Positions 1 to 11,340 of a stretch of DNA of 64,000 nt are shown one piece after another (positions within the stretch are counted from its first letter, which is position 1; the number at the start of each line of letters is the position of its first letter). The DNA comes from Octopus vulgaris. Its lineage: Eukaryota. The stretch spans positions 37,386,001-37,450,000 of the forward strand of contig OX597816.1 in the NCBI GenBank assembly GCA_951406725.2, in the 5' to 3' direction. The notes under the pieces were generated by a model. That model made no database searches. It saw only the letters and a program-made list of their open reading frames with translations, and had not been told where the DNA came from. Both the position numbers and the translations under genes were made by a program.

Positions 1-389
1 CATAAAAGTACACGTAATTATAAAAGTTGCTTACTTATCTGTCTTTTGTGACTTCTCTGAAAATATGATCTATAAATAAGATAACACCTGTTATGTCTTC
101 CAGACATTTTACCAGCCCTCTTTTATCTTTTATTTCCGACACACTTTAATATTCTACCGGTATTTACCAGTATTTATTAAAGTTTTGTAAATTGGAATGG
201 AACAAACTGTACAGCAAAATTGTTCAACAAGGTGGTGAAAACTGTCGACCGAGATAACATATGCTATGCAACACTGTGTCAGTTGCCTTAAATTCGTTAG
301 TGTTTTTGTTGTTATTATTAGTCCATAGTTAAGCCATGGTTGAGCAAATCTATTATCAAAACTATATCAAGCATCACTTTTTCGTACTC

Positions 390-620
390 ACTTAAACCTT
401 TCACTCCCTATGGAGCAAAGACCATCGACGACTTTTTTCAACTGGCCCCAACTTTGGGCAATCTTTCCTGTTTCTTGAAAGTTGGATCCCTGCTTCTTTT
501 ACCTCCAGTTCTTTATTCCACCTCCAGCTCCTTTTGGATTTCGCTGCAGCACGTCATATTTTGCCCTCCTAGCAGCAAGGTTTTATGTTTCGATTCCAAC
601 TGCTTTGGACCATCTGAAAT
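390..620 (-). mobile_element. Degenerate 3' end of an RTE-clade LINE
   Basis: Minus strand ends GATGGTCTTTGCTCCATAGGGAGTGAAAGGTTTAAG (DGLCSIGSERFK), resembling RTE ORF C-termini; frame is broken upstream. Confidence 0.5.
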
Positions 621-920
621 AAATCGGTAAGGTAAAGAAGCTGGACAAGTGGATTTCTGCTTCTAGGTTTTGTTCGCTTTGAATTATCATCGATGCTTCT
701 GTAATTTTGCATTTTTTCTAGATTGGGATATTTATCTTATGCAAAGCCACTTTTCTTTATAGGTAGAGATGATCCGTATTAGTTTGACCTCTGTTCATTG
801 AAAAATCTAACATGGGAAGCCCTACAAAGAGCTTGCAGTCGGCTGACATAAATCTCAAGTTCAATGAGGCACAAAAGCCACCACACCCAAACAAGCACTA
901 GGGCTATATGTTATTTAGAT

Positions 921-1603
921 ATATTTTTGGAACAAAAACGCAATAGAGGAAAATAAGACATTTGGACAGATAGACGAAACAAAGGCGAACAGGAAAAACA
1001 ACAGTTAGGACAGGGAAAAAATGGACGGGTCATTTGTGGCCTTCTTTCTTCAGTCAAGTTACCAAATGTCCTCATAGTTTCGGGTAGTTACACTTGAGGC
1101 TGTTCGATCTGGTTGCCCCACAAAAAGTCTAAACTAGAGCATTAAATTTTTTGTAAGAAAGCTAGCGATATGTACGGCAACAAAGACAAAAATCGGAGGA
1201 CATAGTACACAATTATAAATAGAAACAAGAATATAACAACAGGTATCTTTCGACTAAGGACGAATCAAATTGAGCTGACGTGTATGAAGTGAAAGCCTAA
1301 AGGCAGGAAGATAGGAGCTGGACATACGAGGTGTTGGCGGTCGGCAGTCAGGCCAAGAAAGAAAGATCATGGCTGGCCGGACACCAGTCACATGGAAGGA
1401 GGATAGAGGGGTAGGAGACAGCGGGATTGAAGGATTAGAAAAAAAATCAAAGCGACACACCTCCTCCTTCCATGTGACTGGTGTCCGGCCAGCCATGATC
1501 TTTCTTTCTTGGCCTGATTGCCGACCGCCAACACCTCGTATGTCCAACTCCTATCTTCCTGCCTATAGGCTTTCACTTCATACACGTCATCTCAATTTGA
1601 TTC

Positions 1604-1604
<1 letters not shown>
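921..1604 (-). mobile_element. Non-autonomous PLE-type terminal-repeat element with an inverted duplication
   Basis: 1261-1403 is the near-perfect reverse complement of 1463-1604; TA-rich flanks; homologous to 3152-3340; contains HHR core motifs. Confidence 0.55.
1023..1129 (-). ncRNA. Candidate rearranged (non-circularly permuted) hammerhead ribozyme, degenerate copy
   Basis: Minus strand: ACCAGAT-cga-ACAG-CC-TCAAGT-gtaa-CTACCC-GAAA-CTAT-gaggac-ATTTGGT-a-ACTTGA-CTGAAGA; TCAAGT pairs perfectly with the ACTTGA preceding CUGAAGA. Confidence 0.5.
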
Positions 1605-1659
<55 letters not shown>

Positions 1660-2185
1660 GTGTCATTTGACGCACGTTCAGTTCGTGTGCTACACACTTG
1701 TCCAGCTTCTTTACCCTGCCGATTTGTTGCAGATGGTCCAAAACAGAATCGAAACATCAAACTTTGCTGCTAAATCACGCGTAGTTTGAGATGTATCCGC
1801 TTCCACTACAGTTTCCAGCTCATCATTATCTACCTTTGTCTCAGTTCTACCACGGGGCAAATGTTCAAGAGTAAAGTCACCAGACCAGAACTTCTCAAAC
1901 CATCGACGTACAGTGCGCTCATTCGCCACATCTTTACCAAACACCTCATTGTCTGGGATGCATTGGTTCCACGACGGAACTCATGTTCACAAACAACACG
2001 AAATTTTTATCTATCCATGGGTTCACAAAAGTTGATTTACAAGACAAAACTCACAATATAGTCTGACACCATGAATTGCATTTCGAAAAGTGATAATGTT
2101 GTAAAACAAAGAATTGTCATGATAAAACATTAGAGGTAACGACTGTCAAACTTTGTGCATAAGAAATTCGGACATTTCATTCTTA
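1660..2185 (-). mobile_element. Mariner transposase 5' fragment (HTH region)
   Basis: ORF 1711-1944 FGKDVANERTVRRWFEKFWSGDFTLEHLPRGR...DTSQTTRDLA is a typical mariner N-terminal domain. Confidence 0.85.
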
Positions 2186-2206
2186 ATTACTTGATATATA
2201 AATATA

Positions 2207-2630
2207 TCATCTCATCATGGCTCGGCTTCGCGAACGAAGATCAGGAAGGCTGTCCACGTCGCGTGCATGCACGCTCATGACTGACAAGTCCGATATGGGA
2301 AAGGCAGGTCTGTGAGCAGTGACTAAAGACGAAGGTAACATCCGGTGTGGTGTCAAAGGCGGCTCGCGCCTTCCTCCTGCGTCTCTTGTCTTTAAGTGCG
2401 TCTCTTCTTTGTTCCTCAAACTTGCTGACTGCGTTGAAGATCGTGTGGCGCCAGACATCACGGTCCGCTGCCAGGTCTGACCAGCATTGGTGGTTAATTT
2501 CATATGCTGTTAAAGACTTCTTGAGGCAGTCCTTCTAGCGCTTCTTCAGAGCTCCTCTCACTCGGTGGCCGGTGGAGAGTTCGCCAAACAGGGCAATCTA
2601 TGGAAGGCGATGGTTCTCCATTCTGGAGAC
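2207..2630 (-). mobile_element. RTE-clade LINE 3' fragment
   Basis: Minus strand reads RMENHRLP*IALFGELSTGHR...WSDLAADRDVWR...CSHCSQTCLSHIGLVSHERAC-like motifs; short GAT-rich tail. Confidence 0.8.
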
Positions 2631-2754
2631 CGACGAGAATCAGATATTCTCTGTATAGAATACACTTAGTAGTGCTCAGGGCATTTAAACTTTAGCGGGT
2701 ATACAAAATATGTATACATGTTTTAACATATATACATTTTTTTGTATTTCATGT

Positions 2755-3075
2755 ATGCGGATGAAAAGAGTTGCAGGAAAATTTGTGCCTCGTTTGCTCA
2801 CGGAAGATCAAAAGTAGTCAGGACTGAATGCTTGTCGTGAACTGAAAGAACAGTTGGAAATTAATCCGAGCTTTTTTGAAGGCCATCACTGGTGATGAAA
2901 GCTGGTGCTACGGAATTTGTAGATGTGGAAGAGAGGAAGGAAAAAACGACGGAAGCGTTAAAAGGCATCAATTCGCAAGAGTTCCAGCACTGCTTCGAAC
3001 AGTGGAAAACGTACCTGGGCTGATGTATTGCTATAAATGGAGAATACTTGAGGGCAATAAAAGTGTAAACATGTA
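2755..3075 (+). mobile_element. Internally deleted mariner remnant
   Basis: KFVPRLLTEDQK, ITGDESWCYG and FQHCFEQWK...CIAINGEYLEG motifs. Confidence 0.8.
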
Positions 3076-3151
3076 TGTTAAAACATATATATATATATAA
3101 TGTATGTATAAGACAAAAGGGTACGTGCACCGCTATATTTATATATATATG

Positions 3152-3333
3152 TAAAAAAATACAAACTGGGACAAGAACGCAAAACATTTAGAAGACGATA
3201 CAAAAAACACGGACGGGACATTCGAAGCCTTCAATCTTCAGTCAAGAACCGGATCATCCTCGCAATTTCGGCTGATTAATCAGTGTTTTTTGTATCGTCT
3301 TCTAAATGTTTTGCGTTCTTGTCCCAGTTTGTA

Positions 3334-3340
<7 letters not shown>
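3152..3340 (-). mobile_element. Second copy of the 921-1604 family, truncated, with an inverted arm
   Basis: 3152-3210 is inverted relative to 3283-3340; 3211-3281 minus strand reads TCAGCC-GAAA-TTGC...TCTTGA-CTGAAGA. Confidence 0.55.
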
Positions 3341-3424
<84 letters not shown>

Positions 3425-3508
3425 TTTGTATTTCATGTATTTAATATACTTTATATATTGATCTATCTAACTTGCTAATCCCTACATTTACTATATGTGT
3501 GTGTGTGT

Positions 3509-3554
<46 letters not shown>

Positions 3555-3639
3555 TGATACATACATACATACACATACATATATATATATATGTGTGTGT
3601 GTGTATTTATGTATGTATAGGAATGTGTATGTATATGTA

Positions 3640-4082
3640 TATGAAGTGATACCCAAAAGAAACCGGAATTTTGCTATAGTATTTTATTAAGTTTTACAAG
3701 TTTTTATTAAGTTTTACATGTTTACACTTTTATCGCCTTCAAAGTATTCTCTATTTGAAGCAATACATCGATCCAGACGCCTTTTCAACTATTCGAAGTT
3801 TTGATTTTTCCGTGAGCTAGCGAGGAACAAATGTTGCAGCAACTCTTTCCATTCGCAATTCATCGCTCAAAATTCGTTGGCAAGTGCTTCAGGACACACC
3901 AGTCATATCAACAAGTTCGTCAATTGTTCAGTGACGGTCCTCCAAGATCAGTTCATGCATTTTCATGATATTTTTAATTCGTTCGGGACGTCAAAGGTCG
4001 TCCTGAACGAGGTTTGTCTTCAAGCGTCAAGAGTCCATTCCTAAAGCGTGGAAACCACTCATAAGCTTGTGTTTCGCTCATG
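3640..4082 (-). mobile_element. Mariner remnant
   Basis: Minus strand has MSETQAYEWFPRFRNGLLTLED-like HTH residues and a mariner-like C-terminal GEYFEG motif; probable TIR after TA at about 3640. Confidence 0.7.
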
Positions 4083-4148
4083 GCATAGACAAACCTCTGA
4101 TCTTTCAATTTACGGTTATGTATTATCTAAAAGTACAGTGAATAACAA

Positions 4149-4617
4149 TCAATATCTATAAAGCTAAAATGCGAAAACGTTGTTTGATTTCTTGGTTATT
4201 TGTTTCATTTTGGGATGGGAACGGTTTAAGGGGTGGTAGATGGGGTCGGATTGGCGCCAAAATTTACACTGGTGGGGGTTAATATTGGGTGGGCAATGGT
4301 GTGAGGAGGGTTGCAAGTCGCTCGGGGCTACCGTTTGGTTGCCATGGTGAAGAATATGGGAAAAATTGAGTTTTGTGGGATAGACAGGTACACTGTTTGA
4401 ATAATGGTGGCTTTTCGTGTTGCTGTAGGGGCTAGAGGCGGTTATCTTTAAATGTGGGTGTAAAAATTTGGGGGATTTTGGAAAGGGGAATAAAGAAGAG
4501 AGCAATAAAAAGAACCAGGCAAAGAAGACGAACGAAAGAAGAAAGGGAAAAGGCGACAACACGCACAAAACAACACCACCACCAAAACCCGGGCGAAGCA
4601 CGGGTCAAAATAGCTAG
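4149..4617 (+). mobile_element. Non-autonomous Helitron 1
   Basis: 5' TC at 4149; subterminal hairpin CCCG-GGCGAAGCA-CGGG; 3' CTAG at 4614-4617; A|T insertion with no TSD, empty site visible in the inverted homolog at about 6410-6440. Confidence 0.8.
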
Positions 4618-5287
4618 TCTATATATATAAAGCTGAAGTTGTCTGTGTGTGTGTGGCAGGTTTGGTAGCCTTCAACTAACACTATCTCCTCTGAGACCCT
4701 GCGGCGCAAGTTGACCAAATTTGAGAGTATGATAGAAGGCTTGCTCTTCATTCCGTAGAAGAACAATTCAAATCGAACCATGTTAACACCAAAAATTATT
4801 TACATCAAAAAGGTGCTTTTTTTTTTCTATGAAACTCCCTATCTTTTACGATTTTTTAACTGCTGTGTCGCTATTTTTCGGTGTATTTCAACCAGGAAAA
4901 TGTTCACTTAAGGAGAATAACAAGCTACATGATGCAAAATTTATACTTTTCAAAAATTCCAATTCTAAAGGGTCGAAAAGAATTAACGGTTTGGATTTTC
5001 TTGTACTTTTTCTTAATGAATACTCTTGCAGTGTTAACTTCTTAATAGATTTTCAGTGCAGTTCGAAACTTGAGCTTCATTTTGCTTTAAATATTAACCA
5101 ACAATACCAACAATTGAAGTCGGCATTACACATCTGCAGCATATTCAGAGCAAACTCGAGCATCGCCACACTATACTTTTATTCATAGATTAAAACTACG
5201 TCAAAGCTTTGTTAACGCGACGTCAAAGTCTGCTGTTTTAATCGCAACTAAAAAACAAAGCCGGGCAACGCCGGGCTATACTGCTAG
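4618..5287 (+). mobile_element. Non-autonomous Helitron 2, directly abutting Helitron 1
   Basis: 5' TCTATATATATAAAG; 3' GC-rich hairpin CCGGGCAACGCCGGG followed by CTAG and then T. Confidence 0.85.
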
Positions 5288-5609
5288 TATATAAATATTC
5301 TACAATGGAATTTATAAATAACATTTCATCTCATGCTTATATGATTATTATAACTATAATGTTATAATACATAAACATCTTTGCATTTCATAATTATTGA
5401 TCTCGTACGTTACTATAAAGCCGCATATTGCATTGATTCAGTACATATCTGGTTATAATTATTTTTATGCATTTGTGGTTAAAAGCAAAACTGTGATTAT
5501 GTGTGATAAGAACGAAGCAACTTTTACATTATTACTGGACCGGCTAAAAGTAGCAACCAGATCTTATCCTATTATCTTATAAATAGATCAAAATAGATTA
5601 CGCAGTTCC

Positions 5610-5611
5610 TT

Positions 5612-5667
<56 letters not shown>

Positions 5668-5685
5668 TTATTTATTTATATATAT

Positions 5686-5728
<43 letters not shown>

Positions 5729-5735
5729 TATATAC

Positions 5736-5768
<33 letters not shown>

Positions 5769-5803
5769 CATATATATATACGCACATACATACACACATA
5801 CAC

Positions 5804-5860
<57 letters not shown>

Positions 5861-5984
5861 CATATATATATATGTGTGTGTGTGTATATATATATATATG
5901 TGTGTGTGTGTATATATCTATGTATATGTATATATATATAGATATATATATACATATACATATGTGTGTACGTATGTGTGTGCG

Positions 5985-6027
<43 letters not shown>

Positions 6028-6159
6028 ATCTATATATATATATCTATACAGCATATATATTATTTATACATAAATATGTATATATGCGCGTGTGTATGTG
6101 TATTATATAATTTATAAAAATACGTTATATATACATATATAAATAATATATATACTGTA

Positions 6160-6191
<32 letters not shown>

Positions 6192-6222
6192 GATTTATTT
6201 TAATCACATACACACACATATA
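5610..6222. repeat. Compound (TA)n/(TG)n/(CA)n microsatellite
   Basis: Directly visible. Confidence 0.95.
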
Positions 6223-7309
6223 TGCTTTTAACCACATATGCTTTAAAAAAATTGCTTTAACCAGATATTTACTGAATCAATGCAATTCGCGGCTTTTTAG
6301 TAACGTACGAGATCAATAATTATGAAATGCAAAGATGTTTACGTATTATAACATGCTAGTTATAATAATCATATAAGCATGAGATGAAATATTATTTATA
6401 AATTTCCATCGTAGAATATTTATATATTGTTATTCACTGTACTTTTAGATAATACATACCCGTAAATTGAAAGATCAGAGGTTTGTTTATGGTTTGATTA
6501 TTATATCTCTTAAGTCAGTTATTTCTGTTTTTCTTTATATTTTATTTATCTCCCGAGTGTGTATCAACAGCGATTGATATTTTTATCATATCAAAGCTGT
6601 TGAGACAAGATACTTTTTTATTTACGTGTGTTTTTTACGAAAACATTGGTTTCAAACAAAATAAGAAAACTCACCAGATTTAGAATTGTTTCTAAATCGA
6701 ATTACAAGTTGATCAAGTGTAGCAAAAATATTTTACTTTGTTATAAGTGGAAATGATCGATATAATATTCGGGTCTTGCTGATGCGTCGATATTCTACAA
6801 TAAACGTTTATGATTATTCTGCTATCACAACTAAACCATACATGTGAATTTTTTCACCGTTAACAAATCTTTACTTTTTGTAATGTAAGATATACATTAC
6901 ATTACTTTAATGATATTAACTCCTTATGAATAGGCACGAAAAACATTCGCATAACTATTTAACAAGTATCGAACCCATCCAGTCGGAATAATTTGATTTC
7001 TGTAGTGTAACACATTTTGTCTGATGCAATGAAGCAGTACGTATACACGGGAGTTAATTTACAAAGTCCTGAGAAAATGTTTTTATCACAGAGATTGATA
7101 TTATAGAATTCAAAAACAAAAACAATGAAAAGAAATGAGAAAGAAAAGAGGAATGATAGGAAAAAAATCCAAATTGTAGGACAGGTGTATGAAATTTTCG
7201 ATTCAACTGAAGCCCAATTTATGTTTCTCATAAATGATAAATATATATATATATATATATATAAATGATAAATATATATGTATATATATATATATATATA
7301 TACATATAT

Positions 7310-8669
7310 TTTTTCAAATCCTTCAATCTTAAACTAGAATTTATGACCAATACTAAAATAGTAAACTTCTTAGATGTTACGTTAGACTTGAATAAGCACC
7401 TTCACCACCCGTATAGGAAACCCGAAGAAACTACCAAATACATCCATACCTCTTCCAACCATCCACCCTGTATAATTAGCACCACGGTCCAAGCCATCTC
7501 AGACAGACTGACAAAACTATCCTCTAATAAAGAAATTTTCAATAATCACGCACAACACTACAACCAGGCTCTCTATAGTGCCGGGTATAACCAGAGAATA
7601 TCATATGTAGACCACCCGGGAGCGTCCGTCGGCCATAAAACTCCCAATTATAATCGAACTCAGCACTCAACTCACACTAGCGATAATTCTAATTTAAACT
7701 CCAAACAACGTATAGGAAATAGGCGAACTAATAGAATAGCACACAATAGTAACCCTCCCGACGAGAGCAATATAGATCCTATTAGGAGAAATAGAAGGGA
7801 TAATAGTAGATTACGCAAATATATATGGTTCAACATACCTTACAACTTAGCAGTTAGGGGTAAGTTATGTAAGAGAATATTCTCTATCATTTCCAACAAC
7901 TTCCCACCCACCCACAAGTATAGAAGTATCTTCTCCAACAAAACCATTAGGATTTCCTACTCTACCCTGCCCAACATGAGCTGCCTCATAGCTAAACATA
8001 ACCATATTAATATTAGAACAGCTAGATCAAGAGCAAACCATAGCGACCAACAGAACCCCCCTCATCTAGACAGTAGACAATATAACCAGACTGGCAGCCA
8101 TACTACCCAAACAGTTAGTAATAACACCCGCCAACACATCAGAGGAAATACTACACCCATCAACAACCAGGAGGATATCAACGCCCCCACTCGTATAGCA
8201 ACACCTCCGCCTGGGATTAGCAGCACACGACCGAATAATGCAATGCAACTGCAGATGTGCATCAGAGTGCCCGCTGCAGGGCGCATGTAGAGCGAAAAAC
8301 GTAATATATTCATGTGAGGTGAGTACTCAGTTTAACACACTCACCTATATTGGTTGCTCAACCTCCTGGAAATCCAGATACTACAACCACCGGTCCTCGC
8401 TGAGACACAGACATAAGGCTAACAGCACCTCCCTTTCTAAAAGAATTTGGGAATTAAAAGACAAATGCATAGGCTTCAAACTCAGATGGTCCATCATCGG
8501 ATCAGCTGCACCTTATTTAAATAATAGAGCAGGATGCCAACTATGTTGTGTGGAACTCCTGAACATCTTGAAATTCAAAGACAAACACAATCTTATTAAC
8601 AAAAGGTCAGAGTTCAAACCATCCTGTATACACAAACTTATTAATACTTTCAAATACTACAAAGCTTAG
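7310..8669 (+). pseudogene. PLE polyprotein C-terminus (RT end, linker, GIY-YIG endonuclease) with one frameshift near 8238
   Basis: ORFs 7265-8290 and 8238-8669 overlap in different frames; the Cys-rich CxC...C...C linker and CxxC motifs resemble the Hydra group of PLEs. Confidence 0.9.
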
Positions 8670-10532
8670 GTTTTATACCAACTCCCCCATGCAATTTCCT
8701 CCCACCACTGTCGGCTCCAGCACATCCCGCTTTCCTATATGTGCGTGTATATGCGTATGTATGTGTGTATGTATATGTATGTGCACATATGTGTACGCAT
8801 ATGTACATATATATATATATATATATGTGCGTGTGTGTGTGTGTGTGTGTGGGTGTGTGTATGTGCATATATGTTTCCCTGCATTTTCCTCCTATATATA
8901 TAAATTTTGTCTCCCATATATGACTTCTTTTCCCTAAATATTTCTTCTCCTACACCCATATCCCTCCTATATAGTCTCTTTACTTCCCTATATCTATACC
9001 CTTTCACATTTCTAACTCGGATGTTGAACGCACACCGCCAAACTCCACTTCCCACCCTTCCAATTTTCAGTTCCCCCCGCCCGCCCCTACGTGGGCACTT
9101 TTAACACACACCTCTAACTTTCAACCACCTTCATCTCATGTTAAACTTTACCAAATTATATTTTTATCTTATTTTATTTTATTTTTATTTTTACTTTTAT
9201 TTTTACTTTTATTCTACTTCCATTTATTCTCATTTTTATTTTCATCCCTTACCTTAAATCTTATAATTTTTATAATTTTTATATTTCATTTCTAACTATT
9301 ACATTGTATTTCTTATTTTATACTGTATTTCTTACTTTTATTTCTAATTTTTACCCTTACCCTCATTCTTACCCCTAACTTATCACTTTACATCTCTATA
9401 TATGTTTATTTACTTACCTATGGATCCACTTTTTGACTATGCGAGCGTCCGTGTACGTATGTATGCGCATACATACATATACACGCGCGTATATGTACAT
9501 ACATATTTTAATATCTTATAGCTATACCCATATGCGCGTATGTCTCTCTGTGTGTGTATGTAAGTGTATATGTGCACGCACATACGGACACACAGCCGTG
9601 TGTGCGTGCACGTATAGACATGAGTACGTGATTCTTTACATACGTTCTTATATACATCCTTTAATATCTTATATCTAGACCTGGAAGCGTGGGCATATAC
9701 GTGTGTGTATGTAGGGATGGGCGCGCGTATGTACATGTGAGTGTGTACACGTATAGTGTCCGTGTATACATGCGGATATTCTGTTGTATGTATGTATGTG
9801 TGCGCGCGTGCGTGTGGGTGTGTGTGTGTTTATGTACATGTTTACACGCGAGTGCGTGTGTATGCTTATAGGCTTGGAGGCGTATATGTACGCGTGTATA
9901 TGGGTGTATGTATCCATGATGGTATGTATGTACTAGAAGTCCAATTAATTCAAGGAACCAGATTAAACGCTCAACAGCTCTGATTTACAACACATTAGGT
10001 CCCCAGACGAAACTGTTGATTTACTGACAATTCTACAACTAAACTTTATCAATCTCCTGACCACCATGCTTGGTCCGTAACCTCTATACATCCCTTATCT
10101 TTATATTTTTTTACATTTTTATCATATTTTTTTACTTTTATTTCTATTTCTATTTTTACTTTATAACCTTATGCCTTTACATTTATTCATATTTCTTTAT
10201 ATTTCTTTATATTCTTTATACCCCCTTTACATCTCCTTATATCTCTTTATATTTTTATGCTCTACATTTTTATATTTTTCTATACTTACACTTTTTATAC
10301 ATTTTTTATCCCTCGTCCTGAATTCTCGCCCCTCCATCTTCACGTCTATATATGTATTTATTTATTTACATTACTTCAACATCCAATTTTCCTCATTCTA
10401 CATTGAGAGAAGAAAGAGATGGACGCTTCAATTCTATGCTGCTGCCGCATTATGTCGTACGCGAATGAGAGGATTTGCATCCCCAACCAAGAATTTTTGA
10501 TGTAACACATGTCCTTGTGGAAGCTGTTGTGC

Positions 10533-10610
10533 GCGGCTGAAGAAGGCCACAGACATACATTATGCATTGTTATAAATCTGTCTAATAAAGGCCCGAAACA
10601 TATGTACCGC
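10533..10610 (+). ncRNA. Type I hammerhead ribozyme in the PLE 3' terminal repeat
   Basis: GCGG-CTGAAGA-a-GGCC...GGCCc-GAAA-C-ATAT-GTA-CCGC: stem I GCGG/CCGC, intact core, palindromic stem III ACATATGT, GUA triplet at 10604-10606. Confidence 0.8.
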
Positions 10611-10639
10611 TGAATCCTTCTCATCATGTTTTTATTTTG

Positions 10640-10676
<37 letters not shown>

Positions 10677-10700
10677 CTTTATTTAAAAGCAGCTGAAATT

Positions 10701-10754
10701 TAACAAAAGCTGTTACTCGGAGTTTCACGTTCCCGTTCGTCGGACAGTTCTGTT

Positions 10755-10755
<1 letters not shown>
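10701..10755 (-). ncRNA. Minimal type I HHR (U4C variant), tandem copy 1
   Basis: CTGT-CCGACGA-ACG-GGAA-CGT-GAAA-CTC-C-GAGTA-ACAG. Confidence 0.75.
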
Positions 10756-10808
<53 letters not shown>

Positions 10809-10842
10809 TATATACATACTTTATTTAAAAGCAGCTGAAATT

Positions 10843-10894
10843 TAACAAAAGCTGTTACTCGGAGTTTCACGTTCCCGTTCGTCGGACAGTTCTG

Positions 10895-10897
<3 letters not shown>
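10843..10897 (-). ncRNA. Minimal type I HHR (U4C variant), tandem copy 2
   Basis: Identical to 10701-10755, offset 142 bp, separated by (TA)n. Confidence 0.75.
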
Positions 10898-10931
<34 letters not shown>

Positions 10932-10934
<3 letters not shown>

Positions 10935-11287
10935 CTTTTACCTGTTTCAGTCATTAGACTGCAGCCATGCTGGGGCGCAGCCTTGAATTAGATGAATCGA
11001 TTCCAGTACTTATTTTTTAAACCTGACATTTATTCTATCATATTCTTTTGCCGAGCCGCTAGGTTACGGTTGTCAAGTGGTGATGGGGAACAAAAACAGA
11101 CATACACACAGATATATATATATACATATATATACGACGGGATTCTTTCAGTTTCTGTCTGCCAGTTCCACTCACGAGGCTTTGGGTGGCTCGAGGCTAT
11201 AGTAGAAGAAACTTGCCTAAGGTGCCATGCAGTGAGCTAAACCGGTTGAGAAGTAAACTTCTTACAACAGAGCCACTTCTGTGCCTA
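10932..11287 (-). mobile_element. tRNA-derived SINE, family B
   Basis: Homologous to 30843-31242 and 55590-55875; tRNA-like head, internal microsatellite, CTAATGACTGAAACAGGTAAAAGA tail. Confidence 0.75.
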
Positions 11288-11295
11288 TATATATA

Positions 11296-11336
<41 letters not shown>

Positions 11337-11340
<4 letters not shown>

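Larger units (their letters stand above)
4082..6490. repeat. Long inverted repeat around a (TA)n/(TG)n tract; left arm interrupted by Helitrons
   Basis: 4082-4148 joined to 5288-5490 is the reverse complement of about 6222-6490. Confidence 0.8.
7310..10642 (+). mobile_element. 5'-truncated Penelope-like retroelement (RT thumb, GIY-YIG, long 3' region ending in an HHR-bearing terminal repeat)
   Basis: VNFLDVTLDL...PYRKP...YIHTSSNHPP; RKYIWFNIPY; CNCR...CPLQGAC; VIY...YIG; CQLC; embedded in (TA)n; the 3' extent is inferred from the HHR position. Confidence 0.85.

Noticed and set aside
6918-6990. CTTATGA...GAAC...GTCGGA possible decayed hammerhead in the 6.2-7.2 kb repeat
   Set aside because: Both core boxes are mutated and there is no second copy to confirm.
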